NCBI GenBank assembly: GCA_963745035.1
Contig: CAVUVW010000010.1
Location: forward strand, 64,001-128,000
Direction of reading: 5' to 3'
Source of the DNA: an uncultured delta proteobacterium
GTDB taxonomy: Bacteria; Desulfobacterota; Binatia; UBA9968
DNA length: 64,000 nt
The position numbers were made by a program, and so were the translations under genes. Shown in pieces: positions 47,973 to 57,871 of the stretch. The first letter of the stretch is position 1. The number at the start of each line of letters is the position of its first letter. The notes beneath the pieces are model-generated. The model did no database searches and was not told where the DNA came from. It saw nothing but the letters and a program-made list of their open reading frames with translations.

Positions 47973-48084
47973 CCTTATCTTTACTCCCGACGGTCGGGAG
48001 CGGGAATTAGCACCTGCGTTTCGTATTTGAAAACGCGGTTGCTGTGGCTTCGAAGGGCCTATCCCTCCACCACTCTGGATAAGG
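47973..48084 (-). promoter_or_regulatory. SAM-I (S-box) riboswitch
   Basis: Minus strand ccttatccagagtggtggagggataggcccttcgaagccacagcaacc...ggtgctaattcc...aaagataagg matches the S-box pattern with P1 CCTTATC/GATAAGG. Confidence 0.93.
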
Positions 48085-48234
48085 TTCCAGTTGCAGAAAA
48101 ACTATCCCACGGCGCAGGGACTGTCAAGGATCAAGGGAAATCGGCTTCTTTCCGCCCTTGAACTTGCGTTTAAGCCGGGGCAATGTTGCGCGAGCCTGTA
48201 GAAGCGTTCGACTTTATCAGTCAACAATAAAGCG

Positions 48235-49705
48235 ATGGCAAGGGATGAAATGGGCCTGACGCAAGAAGTAGCGAGTTATGTCGCGCGTAGCCGTTATCGT
48301 GACATTCCCAAAGATGTCGTGCAGCTGGCGCGCGGATTTATTCTCGACGGGTTGGGTGTGGCGCTGGCGGGATCGACCGATGAATGTTCGCGCATCGTGC
48401 AGCGCCACATTCGCCAAGCGGCGGGGCGCCGCGAATCGTCGATTCTCGGCACAGCCCTTGCGGCGCCGGCTCCGAAAGCGGCGCTCGCCAACGGCGTGGC
48501 CGGTCACGCCATGGATTACGACGACACGCAGCTTTCGACTTCCAAGGAGGCCGTCTATGGCTTGCTCACGCACCCGACCACGCCCGTGCTGGCCGCGGCT
48601 TTGGCCATTGGTGAGACGGAAAAAGTCAGCGGCGAGGAATTCGTTTTGGCCTACATTCTCGGTGTCGAGGTGGAGTGCCGCATCGCCGACGCGATCAATC
48701 CACGCCACTATCAGTCAGGGTTTCATTCCACCGCGACGATGGGCGGGCTGGGCGCGGCCATGTCGGTTGGAAAACTGCTCCGCCTCAAGGAGGAACAGCT
48801 GATTCGCACACTGGGGATCGCCGCGAGCATGGCGTCGGGATTGCGGGAAAACTTCGGCACCATGACCAAGCCGCTGCACGCTGGGCGCGCGGCCGAAAAC
48901 GGTCGTCAACGCCGCGCTGCTCGCGCGCGACGGCTTTACGGCGGCGAACAACATTCTCGAGGCGCGCCGCGGTTTCTTCAATGCCATGGCCGGCGGCTAC
49001 GATGAGACGAAAATCGGCGGGCGCCTGGGCGCGCCTTACTTCATGAAGGAGCCGGGCATCTCGATCAAGCCCTATCCGTCGGGATCGCTGTCGCATCCAG
49101 CTCAAGATCTGATTCTCGATCTGGTCCGCCAGCACGATCTAAAGCCAGCGGATATCGAGCGCATCGACGTCGGTACCAATTCAAACGTGCCCAATGCGCT
49201 CATCTATCCGATGCCCAAGACGGCGCTCGAAGGGAAATTCAGCATACCGTTCTGCATGGCCATTGCCGTGCTCGAGCGCAGGGCCGGCATCGCGCAGTTC
49301 CAGGACCGCAAGGTGCGCGACAAGAAAGTGATCGAATTGATGAAGCGGGTGACCCTCTACGTCGATGATGAGCTGGAAAAGCTCGGCTACGATCAGGTGC
49401 GCTCGCGCGTGCGCATCGCGCTCAAAGACGGCCGCGCCATCGAAGGGCGTTACGACGTGGCGCGCGGCCATCCGCAAAAACCGATGAGCTGGGCAGAGCT
49501 CGGCGACAAGTTTCGCGACTGCGCCGCGCTCGTGCTGCCCGATAAGAATGCGGAAGACATCGTTGAACTGATCGCCAGGGTGGAGGAACTTAAAAGCCTG
49601 AGCCCGCTGATTCGCGCGCTCACTGGCGGACGCGCCAAAAGCGCCCAAAAAACCAAAGTAGGGAAACCGGGGAGTAGAAAGTGGAGCCGTACTCGCAGAG
49701 CATAG
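48235..49705 (+). CDS. MmgE/PrpD family protein 1 (frameshift near 48903)
   Basis: NGVAGHAMDYDD, GFHST, FGTMTKPLHAG, IKPYP, KFSIPF, RGHP. Confidence 0.88.
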
Positions 49706-51073
49706 GGCGCTTCGCGCGTGAATTGAAGCTTGCAGACGTGCCGGCGGCCGTCGTCGATAAAGCGAAGCTGGTTTTTCTCGACACCTTGGGCATCGCCCTG
49801 GCGTCATCGACGATGGATTTCGGCGCCATGGTGACCAAGGTGGCGGAGAAGCTCGGTGGCCGAAGCATAGTTTGCTGATCGGTTCGCGACCCGGGTCGCA
49901 GCCGCCAATGCGGTGATCGCCAATGGCACTTTGGCTCACGGATTGGACTATGACGATACGCTGGAAGAAGCGATCGTTCACACCGGTTCCTGCGCGTGGA
50001 TGACCGCGCTCGCGGTCGGCGAAGAAATTGGCGCCAGCGGGACAGCTGTGCTCGAAGCGGCTATCGCCGGCACCGAAGTTTTGTGCAAAGTCGGTCTGGT
50101 AGCGCCGGGAAAGTTTCACGCGCGCGGTTTTCACCCGACCGCGATCTGTTCGACCTTCGGCGCCGCGGCGGCGGCGGGGAAACTTTACGGCCTCAATCTC
50201 GACCAATGGGTTGACGCGTTCGGTCTCTGCGGCAGCCAAAGCTCAGGCATCATCGAGTACCTCGCCGACGGTACCTGGACCAAGCGTATGCATCCCGGCT
50301 GGTCGGCGCACGGCGGGGTTATCGCGACCATGCTGGCCAAGGAAGGCTTCCGCGGGCCGGCAAAGGTTTTCGAGGGCACCCACGGGTTTTTTAGTGGCTT
50401 CGGCGGCAAGAACGATTATCGATTCGAAAAGCTGCTCGAACTCGGCAAGGACTGGGAGATTCCGCGGCTGACTTTTAAATCTTACCCCTGCGGCTCGATC
50501 TCGCATCCCTATATGGACTGCGCACTCAAGATCAGACAGAAACATGCACCCGATCCGAAAGAGATCGCCGAAATCGTTTGCCGGACGGCCGAAGGACCGG
50601 TGCACCGGCTCTGGGAGCCGCTCGCCGACAAGCAGAAGCCGGTGAGCTCTTATGGCGCGAAGTTCAGTCTGCCTTACAGTATCGCGGTCATGATCGTGCG
50701 CGGCCGCGCCGGGCTCGACGAGTTCACCGAAGAAGCGATTCGCGATTCGGCTGTCCTCGACCTGGCTCGTAAAGTTCGCTACGAGCTCGATCCGACTATC
50801 GATTATCCGCGCCACTTCTCGGGCCACGTCAAGGTGTTGATGAAAGACGGCATGGCGCTCGAAGAGAACCAGCCCCATCCTCGCGGCGGCTTCGAAGACC
50901 CTTTGCCGCCCGCTGAGATCGAAGAAAAATTTCGCGCCAACGCCAGGCTCGCGCTTTCACATGAGCAGGTCGAGGATGCGCTGGGCGCGGTCAAGCGTCT
51001 AGAGGAGTTGCCGTCGGTGCGCATATTGACTGAAACGTTGATTCCGGGTAACCGTGGCTCCACTGGTGGTTGA
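49681..51073 (+). CDS. MmgE/PrpD family protein 2 (frameshift near 49860-49895)
   Basis: NGTLAHGLDYDD, GFHPT, TKRMHPG, FKSYPC, KFSLPY. Confidence 0.88.
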
Positions 51074-51115
51074 CATGTGACTGGTTTCAAAATCTCGCGA
51101 GAAGGAGAAACACCT

Positions 51116-52136
51116 ATGAAAAAGAGTGTTTACTTCGTTACTTTGATCGTCGCGCTGTTCTGCGCATCTGTCCTGGCGGCTCAGGATGCCGCGTTGATTC
51201 AGGCGGCGCGAAAAGAAGGCAAGGTCGTTTGGTACACCTCGCTGGCGATTCCCTCATCCACCGCCATCGCCCATTATTTTCAGAATAAATATAAAGGCAT
51301 CGAAGTCGAGGTGCACCGCAGCGGCTCCCAGCGGGTGTTGCAGCGCACCATGCAGGAAGCGACCGCGGGAATCAAAAATGGCGATATCATTCACACCTCG
51401 GATGCCGGCCATTTCGAGCTACTCAAAGACAAAGGGTTGCTGCTCAAGTTTACGCCGGCGGCCGTGGCTGGGTTTCCCGATGGTTTCAAAGACAAGGCCG
51501 GTTTTTACTACGGTATGCGCGCAACATTATCGGTGATCGCACACAACCCGAAGATCGTCACGGAGAAAGACGCGCCGAAAACCTGGAAGGATTTGTTGAA
51601 CAACCGCTGGAGCGGAAAGCTCGTCACGGCTCATCCGGGTTACAGCGGCATCATCATGACCCACGTGCTGGCATTGGTGAACGCCTACGGTTGGGACTAC
51701 TTTCGCGACCTGGCGAAAAACAAAGTGCACATCACGCAGTCCGCCAACGATCCCGCCGGCGTCGTGGCATCGGGCGAGCGGCCGATCGGGGTGAACGGCG
51801 CGGAATATTTCTATTACAAGACTCAGAAACAGGGTAATCCCGATCAAAATAGTTTATCCAAAGGAGGGCGTGCCGCTAGTCGTTTCGCCGACGGCCATCG
51901 CTAAAGACGCGCCCCATCCCAACGCGGCGAGACTCTTCACCGAGTTCATGTTCTCCAAAGAATCGCAGCAGCTCTTGGCCGACAAGGAAGGTCTTTATAC
52001 CGGGCATCCGGAGGTGACTTATCCAAATGACAAGCCCAAACTTAAGGAATTGAAGCTGCTGCCGGCGGACGCCGACGAGCTGGAAAAGCGCAACAGCGAG
52101 ATCAAGAAGCGCTTCACCGAGTATTTCGGCGCATAG
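51116..52136 (+). CDS. AfuA/FbpA-type ABC substrate-binding protein (frameshift near 51840)
   Basis: AARKEGKVVWYTS, PKTWKDLL, APHPNAARLF..F..SKE.Q. Confidence 0.85.
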
Positions 52137-52154
52137 GCGCCGCTAGCTCGATTC

Positions 52155-53879
52155 ATGGCTATACAAACCGGGACGCTCGATCGGGCCGGCCACGCCGGCT
52201 GGTCCGCGTGGCGTTTCAAAGATCCGACGTTTCCCGTCTGGATCGGCGCGGCGGTGCTGCTGGTTTTTCTCATGCTCCTGCCGCTCGGTGCGATCTTTCG
52301 CACCAGCCTGTGGGATGACAAGGGCTTCACCTTCACTCGTTATCTCGAGGTCTTCACCAACGCGCCATTCCTCAAGGCGATCTGGAACACGCTGATTATT
52401 TCGATCTGGGTGGGGGCCATCTCGGTGGTCATCGGTGGTCTGCTCGCTTGGCTCGTCACGCGCACGGACTTGCCGTGGAAAAAACCGATTCGTGCGCTCG
52501 TCATGGCATCGTTCGTGACGCCGCCGTTTCTCGGCGCCTTTGCCTGGACGTTGCTTGCCGGCCCCAACGCAGGCGCGCTGAACAAATTTTATCGCTTTGT
52601 CACCGGCTCGGAAGAAGCGCTCTTCAATATCTTCACCATGTCGGGGCTGATCTTCGTGATGGCGCTTTATAGCTTTCCGTACGTTTTTTCGATGATCGCG
52701 AACGTCTGCGAGCTGATCTCCTCCGATCTCGAGGACGCCGCGGAAATATTGGGCGCGAACAAGTGGCGCATCGCCTGGAGCGTTACCTTGCCGCTGGCGA
52801 TGCCGGCGCTGATCGGCGGGTTTATTCTCGCGTTTCTCCAGTCGCTCTCGCTGTTCGGCGCGCCCGCGATTCTTGGGTTGCCCGCCGGCTTGCACACGAT
52901 CACCACGCAGATCTGGGCGCTTTTTCAGTATCCGCCGCGACTGGATATGGCGGCCGCGTTTTCGGTGCCGCTGCTGCTGGCGACGATGGGTTTAATCGCC
53001 TTGCAGAAGAAAATCCTCGGGCGCAAGGGCTACAGCACCGTGGGCGGTAAGGGTGCGCAAAAGCGCTTGATTCGCCTCGGCTGGGGTCGCATTCCCGTGC
53101 TCTTGTTCGTGTTTGGAATTCTCTCGCTTTCGGTCTTTCTACCGTACTGGATTCTGCTCAAAGCGGCGCTCTCTCAGGCATGGGCGCTGCCGCTCACCTG
53201 GGATAACTTCACGCTCAAAAATTTGTCCTTCGCTTTTTTCGAGTACGGGGATACCCAACTGGCGATCTACAATACGTTCAAGTTAGGAATACTCACCGCC
53301 ACGATCGGCACCGTGCTCGCAACCATGATTGCCTACATCACCAATCGCAATCTCTTTCGCGGCGCGCGCTATTTGTCCTTCTTCGCTCTCGCGCCGGTAG
53401 TCATCCCGGGAATCGTGTTGGCTGTCGGATTGTTTATTGCCTACACGCGGCCGCCGCTGGTGCTTTACGGCACGGTGTGGATTCTTTTCGTGGCCTACTT
53501 GACGAAGGAGATGCCCATCGGTTTTTCCCAGGCCGAATCGACCTTTAAGAGTATCCACCCGGAGCTCGAAGACGCGAGCCGGATTATCGGCGCCAATCGA
53601 TTGACTTCGCTGATCGACGTCACCGCGCCGCTGGCGCGCTCGGGACTGATCGCGGCGTGGTCGTTTATCTTCATAGGCGTCATCCGGGAGCTGAGCGCGT
53701 CGATTCTGCTTTTTGCGCCCAAGTCGAAGGTCGTCTCCGTCGTTATCTTCGATCTCAAAGAAGAAGGGCAGATCGGCGTGATCGCGGTTTTGGGCATTCT
53801 GCTCTTGCTCGTTTCCTTCGCGGTGATTCTCGCCGTCCATGCGCTCGCGGCGCGGGACGTAGTGGCGACTCGGGAGTAA
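52155..53879 (+). CDS. FbpB-type ABC permease (fused double domain)
   Basis: Two EAA loops (LEDAAEILGA, LEDASRIIGA), about 12 TM helices. Confidence 0.9.
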   Translation: MAIQTGTLDRAGHAGWSAWRFKDPTFPVWIGAAVLLVFLMLLPLGAIFRTSLWDDKGFTFTRYLEVFTNAPFLKAIWNTLIISIWVGAISVVIGGLLAWLVTRTDLPWKKPIRALVMASFVTPPFLGAFAWTLLAGPNAGALNKFYRFVTGSEEALFNIFTMSGLIFVMALYSFPYVFSMIANVCELISSDLEDAAEILGANKWRIAWSVTLPLAMPALIGGFILAFLQSLSLFGAPAILGLPAGLHTITTQIWALFQYPPRLDMAAAFSVPLLLATMGLIALQKKILGRKGYSTVGGKGAQKRLIRLGWGRIPVLLFVFGILSLSVFLPYWILLKAALSQAWALPLTWDNFTLKNLSFAFFEYGDTQLAIYNTFKLGILTATIGTVLATMIAYITNRNLFRGARYLSFFALAPVVIPGIVLAVGLFIAYTRPPLVLYGTVWILFVAYLTKEMPIGFSQAESTFKSIHPELEDASRIIGANRLTSLIDVTAPLARSGLIAAWSFIFIGVIRELSASILLFAPKSKVVSVVIFDLKEEGQIGVIAVLGILLLLVSFAVILAVHALAARDVVATRE

Positions 53880-53882
53880 TTT

Positions 53883-54968
53883 ATGGCGGTGGTTTCGCTC
53901 CGCGGTCTTACGAAAAAATTTACCGATGCTGCCGCCGTCGATGCGCTCGATCTCGAAATCGGCGACGGGGAATTCGTTTCACTGCTTGGGCCTTCCGGCT
54001 GCGGCAAGACCACGACGCTACGCCTCGTAGCGGGCTTTTTGCAGCCCGACAGCGGCGAGATTCGCGTCGACGGCAATGTGATCTCGTCGTCCGCGCTGCT
54101 CGTGCCGCCCGAGCGCCGCAACATGTCGATGATCTTTCAGAGCTACGCGGTCTGGCCGCACATGACCGTGGCGCAAAACGTCGCCTACGGCCTCAAGTTC
54201 AAAAAACTTTCCAAGCAGGAAATCGATGTCAAAGTGGCCAAGCTGCTAAGTGTCGTCCACTTGGGGGAGCTGAAGGACCGCTATTCCGCCGAGCTGTCCG
54301 GCGGCCAGCAGCAGCGGGTCGCGCTGGCGCGCGCTTTGGTCGTCGAGCCGCAGATTCTCCTGATGGACGAGCCGCTGAGCAACCTGGACGCGAATCTGCG
54401 CGAAGAGATGCGCTTCGAGATTCGCCGGCTGCACGAAGAATTCAGGATCACGACGATTTACGTCACCCACGATCAGGCCGAAGCGATGGCGACCTCGGAT
54501 CGGATTGCGGTGCTCGACCGCGGCCGGTTGGTTCAAGTCGGCCGGCCCGCGGAAATATTCGATCGGCCGAAGACCCGTTTCGTCGCCGAGTTCGTCGGCA
54601 AAGCCAATATCTTGACGGGACGCATGGACGGCGCCGGCCGGCTGGTCTTGCCGGACGGCTCGAGCATTCGCCTGAACGGCGCCGGCGCGGCGGCTGCGAG
54701 CGAAGTGTCCGTCTGCCTGCGCCCGCACAACATCATGCTCGTCGCCGATGCGGCGGCGGCGCGAGATTTTGCGGACCAGGGCTACAATCTCTTTTCCGGC
54801 GCGATTCGGCGCTCGATCTATTTTGGCGACGCGGTCGATTACGCGGTCGAGCTTCCTTCGGGCGCGTTGCTGCGCGTGATTGCGGCGCCGTCTCAGCGCT
54901 TCGATTCCGGCCAGTCGATCCACGCCGCCGCCCATCCCGATCACTGCGTCGTCGTGCGCGACGACTGA
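53883..54968 (+). CDS. FbpC/PotA-type ABC ATP-binding protein
   Basis: GPSGCGKTT, LSGGQQQR, MDEPLSNLD, C-terminal TOBE-like region. Confidence 0.92.
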   Translation: MAVVSLRGLTKKFTDAAAVDALDLEIGDGEFVSLLGPSGCGKTTTLRLVAGFLQPDSGEIRVDGNVISSSALLVPPERRNMSMIFQSYAVWPHMTVAQNVAYGLKFKKLSKQEIDVKVAKLLSVVHLGELKDRYSAELSGGQQQRVALARALVVEPQILLMDEPLSNLDANLREEMRFEIRRLHEEFRITTIYVTHDQAEAMATSDRIAVLDRGRLVQVGRPAEIFDRPKTRFVAEFVGKANILTGRMDGAGRLVLPDGSSIRLNGAGAAAASEVSVCLRPHNIMLVADAAAARDFADQGYNLFSGAIRRSIYFGDAVDYAVELPSGALLRVIAAPSQRFDSGQSIHAAAHPDHCVVVRDD

Positions 54969-55134
54969 TCCCAACGGATTGTTTCGATTTCGCGGATTTA
55001 GCGAAGAGAATTTCTCCGGACGCCCGCGATTTTCTTAAAGACCAGACCCGCCCATGCGCGCTTCGCCCAGCGCGGTCCGGAATTTTTCCGGCGAGTCGAA
55101 ACGAAAAAGGCAGAGCTCTTGCTGAAACGACAGA

Positions 55135-55797
55135 TCAGTGGCCAGGACTTTCCCACACGTTCATCGCGGCGCGGCAGCAGAGCGCGTCTTGCTCGGGCCG
55201 GCTGGCGCCGGCGACGCCGATGGCGCCGACGATGGTCACGCCGTTGAGGATGGGCAAGGCGCCGCCCACGGGCATCATGCGGCCGCGGTGGGAAATCATC
55301 AGGCTGCGCAGCCAGGGTTCGCGCGCCTGGGGAGCGAGCTCCGTGGTCGCCATGTGCAGCGCCGCCGCGGTGTAGGCTTTATGGAATGCGAGCTCCGCCG
55401 AGCGCGGCTCGGCTTTGTCCATGCGCCCGACTGCGATGGGCGCGCCGGCTTCGTCCACGACCACCGCGCTCACCGCGAGTCCGACCATCTGGGCGTATTC
55501 CTGGGCCGAATGAATCATCTCCCAGGCCATGTCGAACGGGACCGGACCGACCGCCGCTTTGTTCTTGCGGAAAAAAGCGGCGTTGACTTCGATCGATCCC
55601 ACATGTTCGGCGGGAATGTCGATGTCTTTGAAGATCGCGTCCACCGGGCAAACGATCTCGCACTGCTCGCAATCGATGCAGACTTCGGGATCGATGTAGA
55701 ACTGCGGCGCGCCCGGCGTGGTGTGGATGCAGGCGACCGGACAGACTTCGACGCACGCGCCGTCGTTGGTGCACAGGCTGGTGATGATGTAGGGCAT
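55135..55797 (-). CDS. Ferredoxin (7Fe/8Fe type) fused to a GlcG/HbpS heme-binding domain
   Basis: CTNDGACVEVCP and CIDCEQCEIVCP, then AVVVDEAG..RMD..KAYTA..GGALPI..GAIGVAG..QD. Confidence 0.88.
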   Translation of the reverse strand: MPYIITSLCTNDGACVEVCPVACIHTTPGAPQFYIDPEVCIDCEQCEIVCPVDAIFKDIDIPAEHVGSIEVNAAFFRKNKAAVGPVPFDMAWEMIHSAQEYAQMVGLAVSAVVVDEAGAPIAVGRMDKAEPRSAELAFHKAYTAAALHMATTELAPQAREPWLRSLMISHRGRMMPVGGALPILNGVTIVGAIGVAGASRPEQDALCCRAAMNVWESPGH

Positions 55798-55887
55798 GGG
55801 TCCTCGCGTTGCTCGGAATCTCACATCTCAGATGTTGAGACGGCCATATGTGAAATTTGAAATTTGCAATCTGTCATGGCCGAAGGG

Positions 55888-56459
55888 CTAGCCGTCGGCC
55901 GCGAGCGGCAGGTCGGTGCGGATCGCGTTGGCGACGTACACGTCAAGCGCCGAATTGCGGCGTGACCAAGCGGCCGTCGGCGTTGAGCGTGCCTAACTTC
56001 GCCCGCACGGCAAGCTTCTCATCGCCAGGCTGCGGCGCCGCCGTGGCGCGAAAGCCCAGCTCTCTGATCCACGCGCTCAAAACGAAGGTGATGAACAAGC
56101 CGTTTTGCACCGGTACTTGGCCGCCGATCCCCGGCGACGTGCGCGGATCGTACTCGGCGCGCACGGCGCAGAGCACGGCAAAAGGCAGGCCTTCGGGATT
56201 TGCGGGGTCGTCGGTATCGAGCTTGGCGATCCCCGTCATGGCAGCGCCGAAGTACTCGGCCATGCCTTTGACGTGCTGCGCGGTAATCTCCGGCGTGTGC
56301 AGCTCGGTTCGCGTCGGGAATATATTCCCTTCGGGGGCCTTGCGGATCATCTCGGTCACCGTATTGGCGAGATCCGCGGGCGGCGTGTTGATGAAAAAAT
56401 CCCAGTAAGGATCGTCCCGGCGCGGGTTTTTCCCGAGTCCAGGGAAGTCGCAAAGCCAC
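55888..56459 (-). CDS. Mini reductive-dehalogenase-like protein: cobalamin-domain paralog without Fe-S motifs (2 frameshifts)
   Basis: GTG overlaps the upstream TAG; TAQHVKGMAEYFGAAMTGIA, WIRELGF, LGTLNADGRLVTPQFGA, then shifted VYVANAIRTDLPLAADG*. Confidence 0.7.
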
Positions 56460-57776
56460 TAGGCGTCCCGTTTGACGAAGCGGTTGGTGTTCTCCTTGAG
56501 CGGCGCATAGTAACCGACGTTTCCGGTCACGGGAGCCGCCGATTTCTTTTCGTGCGACGCGTTGCAGCCGGCGACGGTGCAGGCGTGCTCGCCCGGCTTG
56601 ACGCCGGAGTCGTAGCCCAGCCAAGTGACGCGGCTGCTGCGCACCACGCCCCAGTAGCGGTCGTCGATCCATTTGAGGAAACGCACGAGAGTCGGCCGCG
56701 CGAAGTAAGGACAGGCATGAAGCAGGGAGACCGTCATCGTGTGCCACCAAACATTGGGTTTAGTGAACGGGCAAACTGCGGCGCAGGTCAGGCAACTGCC
56801 CCAGTGCTCGTGCACGTAGGGTCTCAGCTTGTAGCAGGTGAGCCAGTTGATCTTGTATTTTTCGATGCCGTTGAACACGACCTTGTCGCCGAACGGAATG
56901 CTGTTGGTCGGGCAGGTATTGGCGCATTTGCGGCAGATCTTGCAGAAGTCATCGACGCCGATGTCCACCGGCTCGTCGGCAACGAGCGGCAGGTCGGTCA
57001 GGATCGGGTCCGGCATGTGCACGCGGGCGCCGAAATTTTTGTTGATCACTAGGCCGTTTCTGCCCAGCTCGCCGATGCCGCCGGCGACCCCCGCCGCCTG
57101 CGGCGTCACCACACCGCGCAGGGCCGTATAACCCATTTCTTTGATGTAGCCTTCGAGGGCTTTCAGCACCATCACGCCTTTCATTTGCGAAACGTGATAG
57201 GCGGCGTCGCCGACGTGATGGCGGTGCGCTTGCAGCTTGTTGTAATCCCACGCGGTGGTCGCCTGAATGATGTAGGGAAAGCGGCGCACCAGCTCTTCGG
57301 GCGAATTGCTTTGGAAGTCATCTTTGGCCGTGCCGTCCTGCACATAGCGGCCGCCGCCGGCGGCGTAGAGAAACGACGGATGCGCCTTGGCGATGCCGAC
57401 CACGTCGGCGCCCATGTAAAGAGCGACGGCTTTGATGTGGCGGGCCATCGCCGCCGGATCGTCCACCGCCATTCTCCGTGTATTGATTTTGCCGTTGCTC
57501 GACCGGTTGATGACATTGGTCAGAAAGTGTTTGCGGTCCGCGAAGTGATTCGGCGCGGAGACACGGGTCAGAGGATCTTTGGACACCGTGTTGCGATACC
57601 AGTTGAACAGCGGTTTGCCGAGCTCGCCGCGCTGGTTTTTCGGATGGGGCGACTGGTTCATGTCGACGTTGACGTGCTCGCCGACGATTTTAACGGAACG
57701 TCCCAGATAAGGCGTGGGAAATTCGGCGCTGCCGTTGGCGCGCTTGTGATGGTTCCCGGCTTTGTGCTTTGGACAT
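56459..57776 (-). CDS. Reductive dehalogenase-like cobalamin/2x[4Fe-4S] protein, no Tat signal (1-nt frameshift near 57768)
   Basis: IKAVALYMGADVVGIA, GIGELGRNGLVI..FGAR, LTDLPL..D.P.D.G...FCKICRKCANTCP, C..GSCLTCAAVCPF; GGAGGG RBS before ATG57776. Confidence 0.88.
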
Positions 57777-57871
57777 GTCAGGCCCTCCGTTGTTTAAGGA
57801 TGAAGGATGAAAGCCGCGGGGTCAAATGGCGCCCGAACGGCAAATAAGATCATCCTCTAGCCTTGCGGTTT

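Noticed and set aside
56459-57776. Respiratory RdhA (organohalide respiration) or QueG
   Set aside because: No RRxFLK Tat motif and no small hydrophobic rdhB neighbour; the QueG-specific N-terminal region is not recognisable; kept as RdhA-like of unknown function
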